A stretch of 64,000 bases of DNA from the human T2T-CHM13v2.0 reference genome, Homo sapiens: NCBI RefSeq assembly GCF_009914755.1, contig NC_060927.1; one strand, written 5' to 3'. Both the position numbers and the translations under genes were made by a program. The notes under the pieces were generated by a model. The model made no database searches. It was not told the origin of the DNA and was given only the letters and a program-made list of their open reading frames with translations. Position 1 is the stretch's first letter. The number at the start of each line of letters is the position of its first letter. Positions 1 to 16,637 of this stretch are shown one piece after another.

Positions 1-834
1 ATACTCAGAGATGATTGCCTCTCAGTGAGCCATGTTCAGATCATCTTTTTCTCAAGAATACTGACCTGCATTCTTGATGTACCCCTCCCCCGTTCCCATC
101 TTGCAGACACTTTTAAGTAATAAAATGCATGCACCTCACTAACAGAGAATACTTTCCTCTGTCTAAAGTTCTTCACTTAGAAATTTCCTTTGCTGTTATT
201 AATAAGATCCTTTCTCACAGTTTTGGAGCATATAACTGGGTGAGTTGGATACATATCTCAGAATTTTCTTTGATCCCTCACTTCTCAATTGACATTGCAC
301 CACATTGAACTGCACACTTATTCCTGCTGTACTATATATTGTATATCTTTAAGCAGGAAAAAATGACTTGTTATTTCAAGCGAACAATATGCATTATTTG
401 ACTCCCTGAAAGACCCATTAATCTCTAAGTTAGAGTTATACCAATCATCGGAGTTTCTAATTTGTGAATCTGTGTTCTAATTAATATAAATTACAAATTA
501 CTATTCTATTCTGCAAAGCCATACAAACTTTATATTTTTGAATTACCCTTCAGTATTCCCTAAAACCTAACCAGGTAACAATCAGAGTTGAAGTTCTTTC
601 TTCCCATAAACCTGATTTTTATCCTTTGCCATCAAAGCCTTTTTATTGTAAAGGCTTATATTAATTTTCTAAGTTTGAATACATGTATAATTCTACAATA
701 ATACATTGCGCTTGAATAGTTTATTTTCTACTCACAAAGGGTACAAAAAGATACTAAACCAAGCTTCTCACTAAGCCTGGTTAATAAAGGTCTCAAATAA
801 TTTTCTTTAAAGGACTGAATGTCATTCTCATTTC

Positions 835-1065
835 TGTAGTGGAAAGAGCATAGACTTTGGAGTCAGACAGACTTTGTTTCAAATCTTAGCTGTGTCAGTG
901 TGTAACCTTGGGGAAGTCATGTAATCTCACCACCACATCTTCCCACTCTGTAAAAATGGAGTATATACCATGTTTAGTGGTTGCTGAAATTAAATGAATT
1001 AATATGTATTTAAAGCACCTAACAAATATTGGGCAGTTCACAATGGTAGCCATTACTGTTGTTAT
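835..1065 (+). mobile_element. MIR SINE fragment
   Basis: gtagtggaaagagcatagactttggagtcagacagac...gtgtaaccttggggaagtca...ctgtaaaaatgg matches the MIR core pattern. Confidence 0.75.
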
Positions 1066-1284
1066 TATTTGTCAGTAGACTAACATAACTTTACAGTTTA
1101 GTTTTTATTTTGAAGTTCTATGGTATTATCATGCAGCTGATAAATAATTTTGTCCTTAATATGCTTGCATGTCATTGGTGGATGAGAAATTATTACTCTA
1201 ATATTTGAAAGGTGTTGGGGGTTCATCAAGATGAGAGGTATGATAAATATAAGATGCCATTGTTTTTACCTGTACTTTCTTCAG

Positions 1285-1477
1285 GGTATCCTGTCTTGGT
1301 AGTGAATGGAAGAGGGCCTGGTCCCTGGGGCAGTGCAGAAGGCACTTTGATCATCTCACTCACTGCAAATGTCATGTGAGGTTTCATGGAAGTATTAAGA
1401 GATCCAATTAAGAAGAATAGTTCTGAGTCTAAACCAGCCCAGAGTGGCTTCTCTAGGGGAAACTCCCCGCTCAGCTG
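1285..1477 (+). other. Candidate alternative (PTC-containing) cassette exon of SETD5
   Basis: Acceptor tgtactttcttcag|G and donor CTG|gtacgt; 193 nt; TAA at 1409-1411 in the incoming phase-2 frame. Confidence 0.4.
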
Positions 1478-1709
1478 GTACGTTTGTGTTTGTCATTAGG
1501 GACACCTTGTATCTCAGGTGCCTGCCTTCAGACATCTGCCTGTACTGGCTTCATGTTACACACAAATCCACATTTAATAACACTCCTACTGTTATTTATA
1601 GGCTTAGTTATGTTAATAAGATTGTTTCACCGAGTTCTTTCTCTTATCCTAGTGGCTAGTGGTTGTGGAAAGAGGAGGGGTTAGAATGGGAAATGAAGTG
1701 TTAGTTTAA

Positions 1710-1961
<252 letters not shown>

Positions 1962-2191
1962 TGACGAAGTTGCCCCTTTTGCACTTCCCTGACTCCAGCG
2001 GACGTCTAGCCCTGCATCATTGTTCTTGTTTTTATGTCCCAGTTGACCTTGGCATTTTGTTTTATCACTTTCCTGGTTGAAGCCAAAAAACAAAGGGTAC
2101 TACTTTCTTCTTTCTTTCCATATGTACCATACTTTAGGGGAGAGAGGGGCCAGTGTTTGGACACTGTTGATTTAAAAAATCTTATTTTCAG

Positions 2192-2248
2192 GATCATAAT
2201 TACGGAGCCCCTCCTCCTCCGACACCTCCTGCTTCTCCCCCTGTCCAG
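2192..2248 (+). CDS. SETD5: In-frame 57-nt alternative 5' extension of the next exon ([19 protein letters not shown])
   Basis: Upstream acceptor cttattttcag|GAT, open and in frame with the downstream exon; resembles KMT2[18 protein letters not shown] (recalled). Confidence 0.85.
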
Positions 2249-2400
2249 ACGATCATCCCTCGTTCTGACCTGAATGGCCTGCCGTCGCCTGTAGAGGAAC
2301 GCTGTGGAGACAGCCCGAACTCTGAAGGAGAAACTGTACCTACCTGGTGTCCTTGTGGTCTTTCTCAGGATGGCTTCCTTCTCAACTGTGACAAGTGCAG
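2249..2400 (+). CDS. SETD5: SETD5 coding exon (TIIPRSDL...[18 protein letters not shown])
   Basis: gtccag|ACG acceptor, CAG|gtaaga donor; 152 nt. Confidence 0.96.
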
Positions 2401-2738
2401 GTAAGATCCTGTTCCATCTAAATTTAAGTCTGGGTTGCTGGGATTAGGGTTTCTTACAAGTAGGGAAAAGCTCAAAGTATTCTTTCTTGTGTTTGTTAAT
2501 GTAGATGATTCCTTAGTGCTCCTTGGCTCGAATTCTCTGCACTAGGTGAGAATTGCTGACAACAAGGAATGAGAGATTGATGTTAAAGCTATTGAATTTG
2601 ATATGAAATTTAATGTCCTGGAAACATTTGGTAGGTGGGAGGGAGGGGGTAGCATATGCAGAGACACTTCGCCCATGTGTGCTATGATGTGATGCATGCT
2701 GTTGGAAGGACTACTTTAAGTTTATTTTCCCTCTTTAG

Positions 2739-2797
2739 GGGAATGAGCAGGGGGAAGGTTATTAGACTTCATCGGCGGAAGCAGGACAACATATCAG
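2739..2797 (+). CDS. SETD5: SETD5 coding exon (GMSRGKVIRLHRRKQDNIS)
   Basis: ctctttag|G acceptor, CAG|gtgagc donor; 59 nt, phases match neighbours. Confidence 0.95.
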
Positions 2798-2877
2798 GTG
2801 AGCGGAAGATGGGTTAGGTCCACAATTTGACATAAAAATATTCTGTGATCTGAATGTTCATTTTAAGAACCCCTCTT

Positions 2878-3223
<346 letters not shown>

Positions 3224-3626
3224 TCACAGAAAGAGATAGAAGTCCTCTCAAGACCACTGTATAGTTCTCTCATTGTAAACGAAATGTGTTGAGAACAGTT
3301 TAGTCCTGTAGCAAAGTATTCCTTGTGAACACAAAAAATATGGATTCCTGTTTTAAAAATTAGCCAGTCTCAAATTGTTATAGATTGAGTCAGCGAAGCT
3401 TAGGGACTGAATACAAGGGGAGAAATAAATACCATGAGGAACAGGGTTTATATGCTTAATGCCAATGACATAGAATCTTGTTTTCTTAAGGAAGATGAGT
3501 ATTTAACGTTGCTTTACAGATGATAAGAGTTAATAGTGGAAGTAATGGCTTACTGCATGTGGGGCACACCTAAAAGAATAAGCTACTTTTAATGTACTTT
3601 TGAGGCTATTAGTACCTGAACTATGA

Positions 3627-3842
<216 letters not shown>

Positions 3843-4764
3843 TAAATAGAAATTGTCTGAAATAGCTTAAATTTTGGAGCAAGAATGCACCAAAATTCTT
3901 TTAAGAAGTTTGATCCAGGTGTTTGAAGGGCCACTTTTGTTCTACTTGCAAAAATCAGCTAATCTGTGTTATGTACATGTAGACCAACCTCTCTTCTGCC
4001 ACACCATATCATCACCACTGGCTCAAAGTTTCTTCTACTCCAGTCCCCATCCCAGGTATGAAATTCCAGCCCTACCTGGCACAATCCCGTATGTGTTGCA
4101 GCCTCAAGTCTAGGCTTCCACTATCCTTACAGTATCTCCCCACCTCTCAACCCCAAAGTACAGTCTGAAATTCTTGTCCTGGTTACATGCCTCATGTCTT
4201 TGGGTTGATTGTTTTTCCTTGTTTCAAAAAAAATAAAAATCAGGAAACATCTCTTGTATGGTCTAGGTTTCCTCAGTGTCATGGTCACTTTCCTGTATTC
4301 TCAGCTAAAATGTCTACGGGAGAAACTTCTTCTGGTTTGTGTTCTTTCTTCCCCATCACAGCAACTTTGTTGCTTCTAGGTGACTTGTTCATCCCTTGTT
4401 AAGGGGATTGGTCTTTGTTTCCTTCTTAGTTTCAAAACTGGTAAATCTGCAACTTTAAAGTTTTTTTTTATTTACTTTTTCTCTTAGTATCAGAGGTGCA
4501 TATAGGATTTAAGAGATGCATGCTCTTCCCTGTTAATTACCTAGCTTCACAGTAGAAAGTATTAAAATTAGTCTCAGAGTTCATTGGCCTTGAGCTACCC
4601 CTATTCTTGGTAATAGTTTGGGGAATTCCATTGTATTTTTTACCTAGAGAAAGGGGGACAGAATAGAACACTAGTTTGTGCCTTAGTTTTAGTCTCAGAT
4701 AGGTATAACTGTCATTCTTGGTACCAAGTTTTGTTTGTTCTACTTGTTTTCCTCCTTGGGATAG

Positions 4765-4803
4765 GCATTTCGAGAGGGATCCCGGAAGTCCTTGCGGATG
4801 AAG
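4765..4803 (+). CDS. SETD5: Alternative 39-nt in-frame microexon (AFREGSRKSLRMK)
   Basis: gggatag|GCA acceptor, AAG|gtaagg donor, phase 0-0; resembles KMT2E AFREGSRKSSRVK (recalled). Confidence 0.85.
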
Positions 4804-5437
4804 GTAAGGGGTAATCTTCGCTGATGCTGTGTTTTACTTCACTGTGATCTTGCATTTTGGTCAGCTTCTTTCCTGACATTGATGGTCTGGGAATCTTGGA
4901 CTCTGCTTTTCATTAGTTTGTAGTTGTTGCCATTCAGTTTTCATAGAGCTTTTCTCCAAAGTAGATTTTCTTGGCCATTTTCTGAAATATTTTCCCTTTC
5001 TGTAATCAGCCTTCATTGATTGGTTTTTCATTCATTGCTTTCCTAGGGGGTAAGTGACATTTTTCCAAACAAAATGAGGCTAGTGTGTTCTGTCACTGTG
5101 ATTGAACTCAACCTTAGGAGTGGAGTTTTTCTGGTAATGATACAGGATCTCTTGTGCATCTACCCTAGCACTGTGTGGGCTTTAATTGCAGGACGCTTGT
5201 ATTATTGATAAGAATTACTGTTTTCTCTTAGCATATCTGTTTGGTGGAAAAAACTTAGGTAATGCTAGCATGTTTCTTAAGATATCAAATAAAAGAGTTT
5301 ATGAAGTATGATTTTGTAAAGAACTTGGAGAATAGAGCAAGTATGTGGAATGGTTTAAAAGAAGTGTAAGGTGCTGGTTGATTAAAAATAGCTTGCCAAA
5401 AGGAGATTTGATTATGCTGTCTGGTATCCTCCTTTAC

Positions 5438-5468
<31 letters not shown>

Positions 5469-5481
5469 AATATATATATAT
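5438..5481. repeat. (TG)n followed by (TA)n microsatellite
   Basis: Direct observation. Confidence 0.9.
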
Positions 5482-5631
5482 GAGGAAAACATGCCTCTCA
5501 AATTATTACTGGGGGCTTCAAAGCATTTAAATAGAATTAAATTCAAGTTTATGAGTATTCATATTCCTAAATGATACAAAAGCAGGATCTTTCCTATTGA
5601 GAGTTATAGGGCATAAATATTAAAATCTTTA

Positions 5632-6093
<462 letters not shown>

Positions 6094-6630
6094 TCAGAGC
6101 TACAGAGCATCAGAGGCCTGGGATGTGTCTTGGAAGACAAATCAATCATGCCTTTGCTGGATCCGTCTCTTGCAAGTGGCCAAGTTTGCTTTAGCTTCCC
6201 CTTTATTTTTGTCTCATTTGCTTAGAGAGGGGCCTTTTAAATAGACTTTGGAGGCAGATAATAGCCCTAATCCTGGCTACTAAATGCTTTTCTCTTATCA
6301 AGCAACTATCATAACTTATCTCCAGAAGCTCGAAACCTTTCAAAAGCTATAAACTGGCTCTACCAGAAAACTGCACATAAACCCCATATTTTGCTTACAG
6401 TTTTGGGAGGTTGACAGCCTCACAGGTGTGTTAAAATTTAGAAAAAAAAATTACTAGTCATTTTGATTCTTTTAATTCTAAATTGAGTTATAAATTTTAT
6501 GCTCAGAATTACTAGTTTAAAACTCCTCCAGTGATCCAGGTGGGAGCCATAAGAATTAGAAAAAATTATCATTTGGATTTTTAATCCCAGTGTCAAGAGC
6601 AGCTTCCCTACTGAAGACTTAATTGTAAAT

Positions 6631-6848
6631 CAGGGTTTCTCAGTCTTGACACTGTTGACAGTTTGGACCAGATAATTCTTTGTTGTGGAAGGGACTGTTC
6701 TGTGCTTTCAAGATGTGAACAGGATCCCTGGTGTCTACCCACTAGATGCCGGTAACACTCATACACTCAGTTGAGATTATCAAAAATGTCTTCAGATATT
6801 ACCAAATGTCACCTGGGTGCAAAATTTCCCTCAATTGAGAACCACTAC
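6631..6848 (-). mobile_element. MER20 hAT-Charlie DNA transposon
   Basis: cagggtttctcag...gataattctttgttgtgg...tacccactagatgcc...ttgagaaccact matches the MER20 reverse complement. Confidence 0.8.
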
Positions 6849-8355
6849 TCTAAACCCAACTGAGGTAGAGTCTCTAATGCCTTGAAGGATGGGACAGCAG
6901 AGTAAACACACAGTGAGATTAGCGAACAATGGCTAATACTGTGACAGAGGCTTCCAGAATACAGTACACTTATCAAGTGTAAGTTTAACAATTGCCACTT
7001 AAAGCTGGGAATATTGTTTGGACACTGCCAGTCCCCCTAGTCTGTAAGCTCCATTAAGCCTAAGGTTTTGCACTATTCTTTTGCGCAACTGCTACTGATG
7101 TCAAGCAGGCGATACTCTGATTGTCAGTATGTTGGCTTTAGGTGTTTCTTTAGATCCCTTTGTTTATTGTTCAGTCTTTTGGACTCTAGTAAGAAATGTG
7201 GAGACAATAGTGTTGATTTTTTTTCTTCTATACTCCTGTTCCTTGCAGAAAGGATAGTAGACAATAATCAGTCAGCAACAGTGATGCAAAAGTGGTAAAA
7301 GAAAGTGTTATGATAAGCATCAGTGTTTTCTGTGCCATTCATAGAAAGTATATTTAATTTTATTGTACCTGTTTGCAAGTTTAATGTGGACATGGATTTT
7401 CAAGTAGCTTTGGTACTACAGTGTCTTTTCCTTCTAATCATCACTAGCATGACATCATCACTGTCAGTGTTTGTTTTGTTTTCTGATGGCACTTAAGTCT
7501 TGAACACCGTGGAGGAGAACATGTATTGGGCTTATGCTTTGTCTCTGTAGCTCAGGCACTGTCTGCCTAGGAAGCTGTTCCTGAGTTGTAGTAATCTTTT
7601 CTCAATACTGTCACCATAGAGGGCAATGGTTTTCCTAGAGGAGTATAGCAAAGTACCTCCTAGACATTTTCTATATTCTCCCTACCTACTCCTCTCCCCT
7701 CACTTCACCTCTTCAGATTATTTAGAATGTGGTAATTTAAATTGTTGAAAATAGAGTGTTAGAAAGATATACTCAAATAATAACTTTTTATATGGGTAGT
7801 AAGATTGGGATTGGATTAATGAGATTGATTGATTAAGATCACATCTAGGTTTAGAATGAACATGTATTATGAAAATAATAAGTGATACAAAAACATGCAT
7901 TCTCCTGGAGAATAGTCAAAAAACCAGTTTGGGCTAACACTTAACACAGATATTCAGTGAGTATGAAAAATTTAAGCAGTGATAAATTTGAGGTCTCTAC
8001 TGTTCATTTGTATGAAGATTTTCTTATGAACTTGATGTCAGTCCTTTGATTAGAAAATTGATTTTTATGACTTTAAAATGGTCATAAAATCACAGTGATG
8101 GGATGAAACTATGATCCAGATTAATTTCTTACTTTATAAATGGAGAAACTGAGCTTCCCCATTTAAAGAAGTTATTCAAGGTCTCACCTCTCATTGGTAA
8201 CAAAAGCATGATAGAAACCAGATCCTCTGACTCCCAGTCCATTACTCTTTTATGCCACATCAATTGCCAAGTGATAAATTTTCTCTGGAACCCCAGCTTG
8301 TCCCACCCCCATTCCCAACCCTCTATTTATGCATGGACTTTACTAACCTCCCTGA

Positions 8356-8640
<285 letters not shown>

Positions 8641-8837
8641 TAAGTAGCTGAAATTTTAAGAACCCAGGAAGAGGGTAATGGATTGGAATTACTGTTCCTT
8701 CCAAATGTACAAGGCCATGGAATAACAGATTAGCCAGGTGTTGATCATATGTAACCAAAAGTAGGTTATATTAACTGGAAACTACCTGGATACATATTTT
8801 TAAACTACCTTTATTAATAAAAAAATAGATGAATTGA

Positions 8838-9134
8838 GGCTGTGTGCAGTGCAGTGGCTCACTCCTATAATACAACACTTTGGCAAGAAGCCAAGGTGGA
8901 AGGATTGCTTGAGGCCAGCAGTTCAAGACCAGCCTGTACAACATAGTGAGACCCTCTCTTTACAAAAAAAAAAAATTAAAAGCCGTTGTGATGATACACA
9001 CCTGTAAGTCCCAGCTACTGGGGAGGCTGAGGTGGAAGGATCACTTGAATGAATTTGAGGTTATAGTAAGCTATGATTGCACCACTGCACTCCAGCCTGA
9101 ATGAAAGAGTGAGACCCTGGCTCTATTTAAAAAA
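8838..9134 (+). mobile_element. AluJ SINE
   Basis: Diverged Alu dimer. Confidence 0.9.
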
Positions 9135-9483
9135 CAGAGAGAGAGATGACTTAGTATGGGAAATTCTATATACCCTAGGTAGGAATTATGTAATATTTAT
9201 AGAAAGTTAAGCATGTTCTTTCTCATCTTTATTTTAGAGATAGAGTCACTGAAGTCTTAATCATGTATTTTTTTTTTTTTTTTAATATTTTCTTGCCGTT
9301 TCTGGGGAGGCAATTTCACTAGATGTAGCATGTCTCTTAGAAAAATTGAGCTTTCATCACATTTTAAAATTTCTCATCATTGATCTAAATAACATGTACA
9401 GATAAAACCTGAAAATATTAGCATGTTTTCCTTAATTATGAAGTAATTTGAGTGTCTACTAAGGTGTTCTTGCTGTTGTTTAA

Positions 9484-9657
<174 letters not shown>

Positions 9658-10042
9658 TAAGAACGTCATTCATTGAGCAGTGAGGGCTAAGGTGGACCTG
9701 GTTGACCAGTGTTGTTGTAAAAATCATTCTGTTTGATAAGACGCTCTTGGGAGAAAAAAATCACAACTCAGATAAGCTCACACCTGTCTGCTATTTGTAG
9801 AGAAGTGCAAGTAAATCTTCAAATTGTTCAATGTATAAAATGGTGACACCTCCTTTCCAAGCCAAGCATTCCTTGCTTTGTGCTTGTTCTTTAATCAAAA
9901 GCAGACAAACGTGATGCTTTCCCAAGTTTAGGCGTTGCAAAAGACTGCTGCTGCTTCTCTCAGCATATGCTTCATATTTGGAGTCATGGGGTGGCCTTCT
10001 TATTTGTGTTGAGAATTACAGGAATTTTAATTGTATCCCTAG

Positions 10043-10160
10043 ACCATACCCCTTTGTGCTCTTCTACTCAAAATTCAATGGTGTAGAGATGTGTGTGGAT
10101 GCCCGTACTTTCGGTAATGATGCTCGGTTCATCAGAAGATCATGTACACCAAATGCAGAG
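10043..10160 (+). CDS. SETD5: SETD5 coding exon, SET domain (PYPFVLFY...[12 protein letters not shown])
   Basis: ccctag|A, GAG|gtaaga; 118 nt. Confidence 0.97.
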
Positions 10161-10670
10161 GTAAGATATCTGTAGCAACTTCCCTTTGACTGGAACCATC
10201 AAATGACAAGCTTACTGAAGAAGCAGTGTGAAAACTTCACTCAGATAAAGGTCTGTAGATAATAGTCGTGATATTTCATCGTGGGAGGTGAAAAACAAAA
10301 GTAATGGTGCTTTTATACGACAAAATGGGCGCAAGGAAAGAGTTTTCTTTAGAGAAGGCAGAAATAGAAAAGAGCAAGTTAGCATTTGCTAAGGAGAAAA
10401 AGCTAGACTGGATAAGAAAATCAAGTGTAGTTATATTAAAGAGATTGCCATACGGTGGAAGTAGATGTTGTTAGGCCTAACTAAGCTATTTGGTTGCAGT
10501 TTTTTTAGATTTTAGTGAGTAATGTTTTATGAGAGGATCTAGACATTTCTAGAATTCATTACTCAGAGCAACCACATCAAATAAAGCAAGAAAATCCACA
10601 GAGCTTTACTTACTGGCTAAGGAATTTTAATTCTCTGGTGGAGCTGGAAACAGCTATAAGATGTGAAAGC

Positions 10671-10962
10671 GGCTGGGCGCAGTGGCTCATGCCTGTAATC
10701 CCAGCACTTCGGAAGGCTGAGGTGGGCAGATAACAAGGTCAGGAGTTCGAGACCAGCCTGGCCAACATGGTGAAACCCCGTCTCTACTAAAAAAAAATAG
10801 AAAACTTAGCCAGGCATTGTGGCGTGTGCCTGTATTCCCAGGTACTCAGGAGGCTGAGACAGGAGAATTGCTTGAACCCGGGAGGCAGAGGTTGCCGTGA
10901 GCCGAGATCACGCCACTCCACTCCAGCCTGAGCGACAGAGCAAGACTGTATCTCAAAAAAAA
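10671..10962 (+). mobile_element. AluS SINE
   Basis: Alu dimer; TSD aagatgtgaaag. Confidence 0.95.
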
Positions 10963-11132
10963 GATGTGAAAGTAGAGATTTTACCCTGATTTCTAACATC
11001 TCAAGGTTTCTCCACATATTTAAGAAAGTATTATAAATTTTCAAGCCAGTGCAGTATAATAGTTTCAGATGAAATGAAGGGGTTAAATAACAGATTACCA
11101 TAACTCCTTAAATAAATAATAGATTACCATAA

Positions 11133-11333
<201 letters not shown>

Positions 11334-11696
11334 TAAGACCTCAGAAACCTTTCCTAACAGGAATATCCATGTCTTACATATTAAGCTATTCACTCTATTT
11401 AAAGTCTGCTCTTGTTTCTTGCCTTTTCCTTTGTTTACTTAATCTTTTCATGACTAATGAATTTTCTGCCTAGAAATTGTAAAGGAAAAGACAGGCAAGA
11501 TTTTTTTTAGAGATACGGATACCTTGTATGATACTGCTCACAAATTTCCTGACAGAAGTGTTTTCGCTTATGCCTTTTTAGCAAGAATAGCAAAATGGAT
11601 ATATATGTATGTATGAGACACTCCTGGAAATTACAATAGCATCCTGTTGTTATGCACAGAGTACTTATGTCAGGGACCATATAGAATGAGAATTTA

Positions 11697-12002
<306 letters not shown>

Positions 12003-12523
12003 TTACCTCTACTTTTAATTTGTCAATTATACCCTTATAAAGCTAGGGGTGAGATTTAAAGATCCACCCTGTCCACAGAAACCATGTTATCTAGCTGTAT
12101 ATGACAGTGCAGAAAACCATAAAGGGCAATTCATAGATGAATATGTGGGATTTTTTAAAGTATATGCTTTTTGTTCTTTGGTCATTTGGGGCAAAATAGA
12201 GGTTATGTGGTAAAGTGATGTTTGGCCCAGGTATAAGGAAAAAAGATGTTCTGCTTAATTCATCAAGGAAAATAAAAAAGGTTTTAAGAAGGTTATAAAA
12301 GGTTTTAAGAAGTAGGGAATTAGTAGGTAAAAGTGAGGACATGGTAATCGTGGGCACAAGATGAGTATGGCCACATCAGACTTTATCATTGATAAACTGC
12401 CTGCTAAATAGCCAATAAACCACTGGGGGGATTGAATTTAGGGAGGGCTTTCTTTTTTTTTTCCCACTGACCATGGAGTAGAATTGGGGTTACACAAAGA
12501 AAGACAGAATATTGAAAGTGTTA

Positions 12524-12810
12524 CGTCAGGCGCGGTGACTGACGCCTGTAATCCCAGCACTTTGGGAGGCTAAGGCTGGAGGATCACTTGAGCCCAGGAG
12601 TTCAAGACCAGCCTAGACAACATGGCAAAACCCCGTCTCTGCCGAAAATAAAAAAATTAGCTGGGCGTGTAGTCCCAGCTACTCAGGAGGCTGAGGTAGG
12701 AGGATCACTTGAGCCCAGGAAACAGAGATTACCGAGAGCTGTGATGCACCACTGCACTCCAGCCTAGATGACAGAGCGAGATTCCGTCTCCAATAAAAAG
12801 AAAAACAAAA
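12524..12810 (+). mobile_element. AluJ SINE
   Basis: Alu dimer with J-type features (ggaggatcacttgagcccagg). Confidence 0.9.
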
Positions 12811-12915
12811 GTATTTATAGGACTCTCTAATGTCTCTGTTTAACTTATTCAGAGACAATATCAGAGGAAGTTACTGTACTGATATTTTAAGAGGGTGAAT
12901 GGATAATGTAACTGA

Positions 12916-13296
<381 letters not shown>

Positions 13297-13571
13297 TAGG
13301 GGAGCTATAGTAACACTTAGTGCCCTTTATATCAATGTGGGTTTATTGTGTTCATACATTTCTTTCTGTTTTACAAAGTCAAAAACATCCTTTGCTGGTT
13401 TTGCACCAGAGAATAGGGGTTAGTTATCATCTGTGTTTACCATGTGGCCTCACATGAGTTAACAGTTTAAAGCACTAGAGATTGTTATAGAGAGTTTTAA
13501 GCTACCAGAATAAAACAGATTGATTTTTTCTCAGAGCTTGAGTACAGCTGAATATTGCCTCTATCTTAAAG

Positions 13572-13655
13572 GAAGTAGACAATCCAGAAGAAAAACCAGA
13601 AGAAGAGAAAGAAGAGGTTATAGATGACCAGGAGAACCTAGCTCATAGCAGGAGG
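13572..13655 (+). CDS. SETD5: SETD5 coding exon (EVDNPEEK...AHSRR)
   Basis: cttaaag|GAA, AGG|gtgagt; 84 nt. Confidence 0.95.
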
Positions 13656-13920
13656 GTGAGTACTGTCTGACATTACTTTGCTCCTTCTCATTCCTGCTAC
13701 CTCCATCATGTGAACCTCTTCTGTTCTCTTGACTTTGTATCATCTCATTGATTTGACCTGAAGGTTATAATTTGGGCTTTTTCCGTAATAAAGATTTTAT
13801 TATAATTTTTTTATTTATTTTTCTCTATACACACAGTAGTTTTGTAGTGATTATTATCTAGTGATGGTTTGAAGAGGTTGTTTTTTTTTTTTTTTTTTTT
13901 TTTACTAACAATCTGGTTTC

Positions 13921-14248
<328 letters not shown>

Positions 14249-14400
14249 TCAGAATCAAAATGTATTATAGTTGGTTTGCTCTGAATTAGGAATTTTCTAG
14301 GTTTTTGTGAGTTCTGAAGTTTTTTTAAACCCTTTTAGTCATATGAACTAAAATTTTCTACTTTTATGCTGAAACCAATCCTGTGTGTTTATGACCCTGA

Positions 14401-14707
<307 letters not shown>

Positions 14708-14965
14708 GTTTTTCTTTCATATTAAAGTTTCAAAATAACTGACCCTTTTTGAAAAGTTTATGTTTGACCTTGCCTTTATTTACAACTATTCCCCACATTT
14801 AAAATGAAATATTTTATTTTTAATCTTCTGTTTTCCAAGTTATATGTGTCATCTTACTGGTAGTTAAATGAATTTCTGTAAATTTCCATTAAAAATACTT
14901 TTATAAAAGCTATCCACTCGTCCTCATTTGAAGCTTCCTTCTACACCAGTACTATCTCTTTCTAG

Positions 14966-15268
<303 letters not shown>

Positions 15269-15562
15269 TAATGTCAATACCTAACTTTTGGAATTTTTAA
15301 AATCAGTGTTTTCAGCTTTGCTCCATATCACAATAAATAAGGCCATTAACTGTTTAACTGGAACCATTTCATTGGCCTATTTTATAAATGCTTATTAGAA
15401 ATAACGCAAACATTTGTCGCTAGCCTCTTTAGCTCATTTAAGTGTATACATTTTTGTATTTAAAAATTAGATTTTAAATTAGTGTTTCTAATCCTTATAT
15501 TTTTCATCAGTAGACATTCTGAATGCTTAAAGTGAATAGGAAATTAGACTGTTTGCTGATAA

Positions 15563-15979
<417 letters not shown>

Positions 15980-16303
15980 TGAGAGGACCTATAATCCCCA
16001 GAAGAAACTAATCTCAATATTACTAGATTGAAAGTTCTAAAATGCTTTGACACAAAAGGCTGGAGTCATCCTGCTACCTGTTTCCTTATTTTTAGTCAGC
16101 TTAAATCACTGATAGCTGAAATTATTCCTCTCTTAGTGGGCGTGGAGAGGGTGAAGGAAGATATCCTTGTGTTCTAGTTGCTCAATTCATTCTTACTGCA
16201 GCTGCTGCATCTCCTCCTGTCCTAGTTTCTAGATGACGTTTGTCTTTATGAACTACACTGCTACCTCTTGATTTATAAACTAATGATCTCTTTTTTACCT
16301 TAG

Positions 16304-16624
<321 letters not shown>

Positions 16625-16637
16625 TGACATAAATAAA

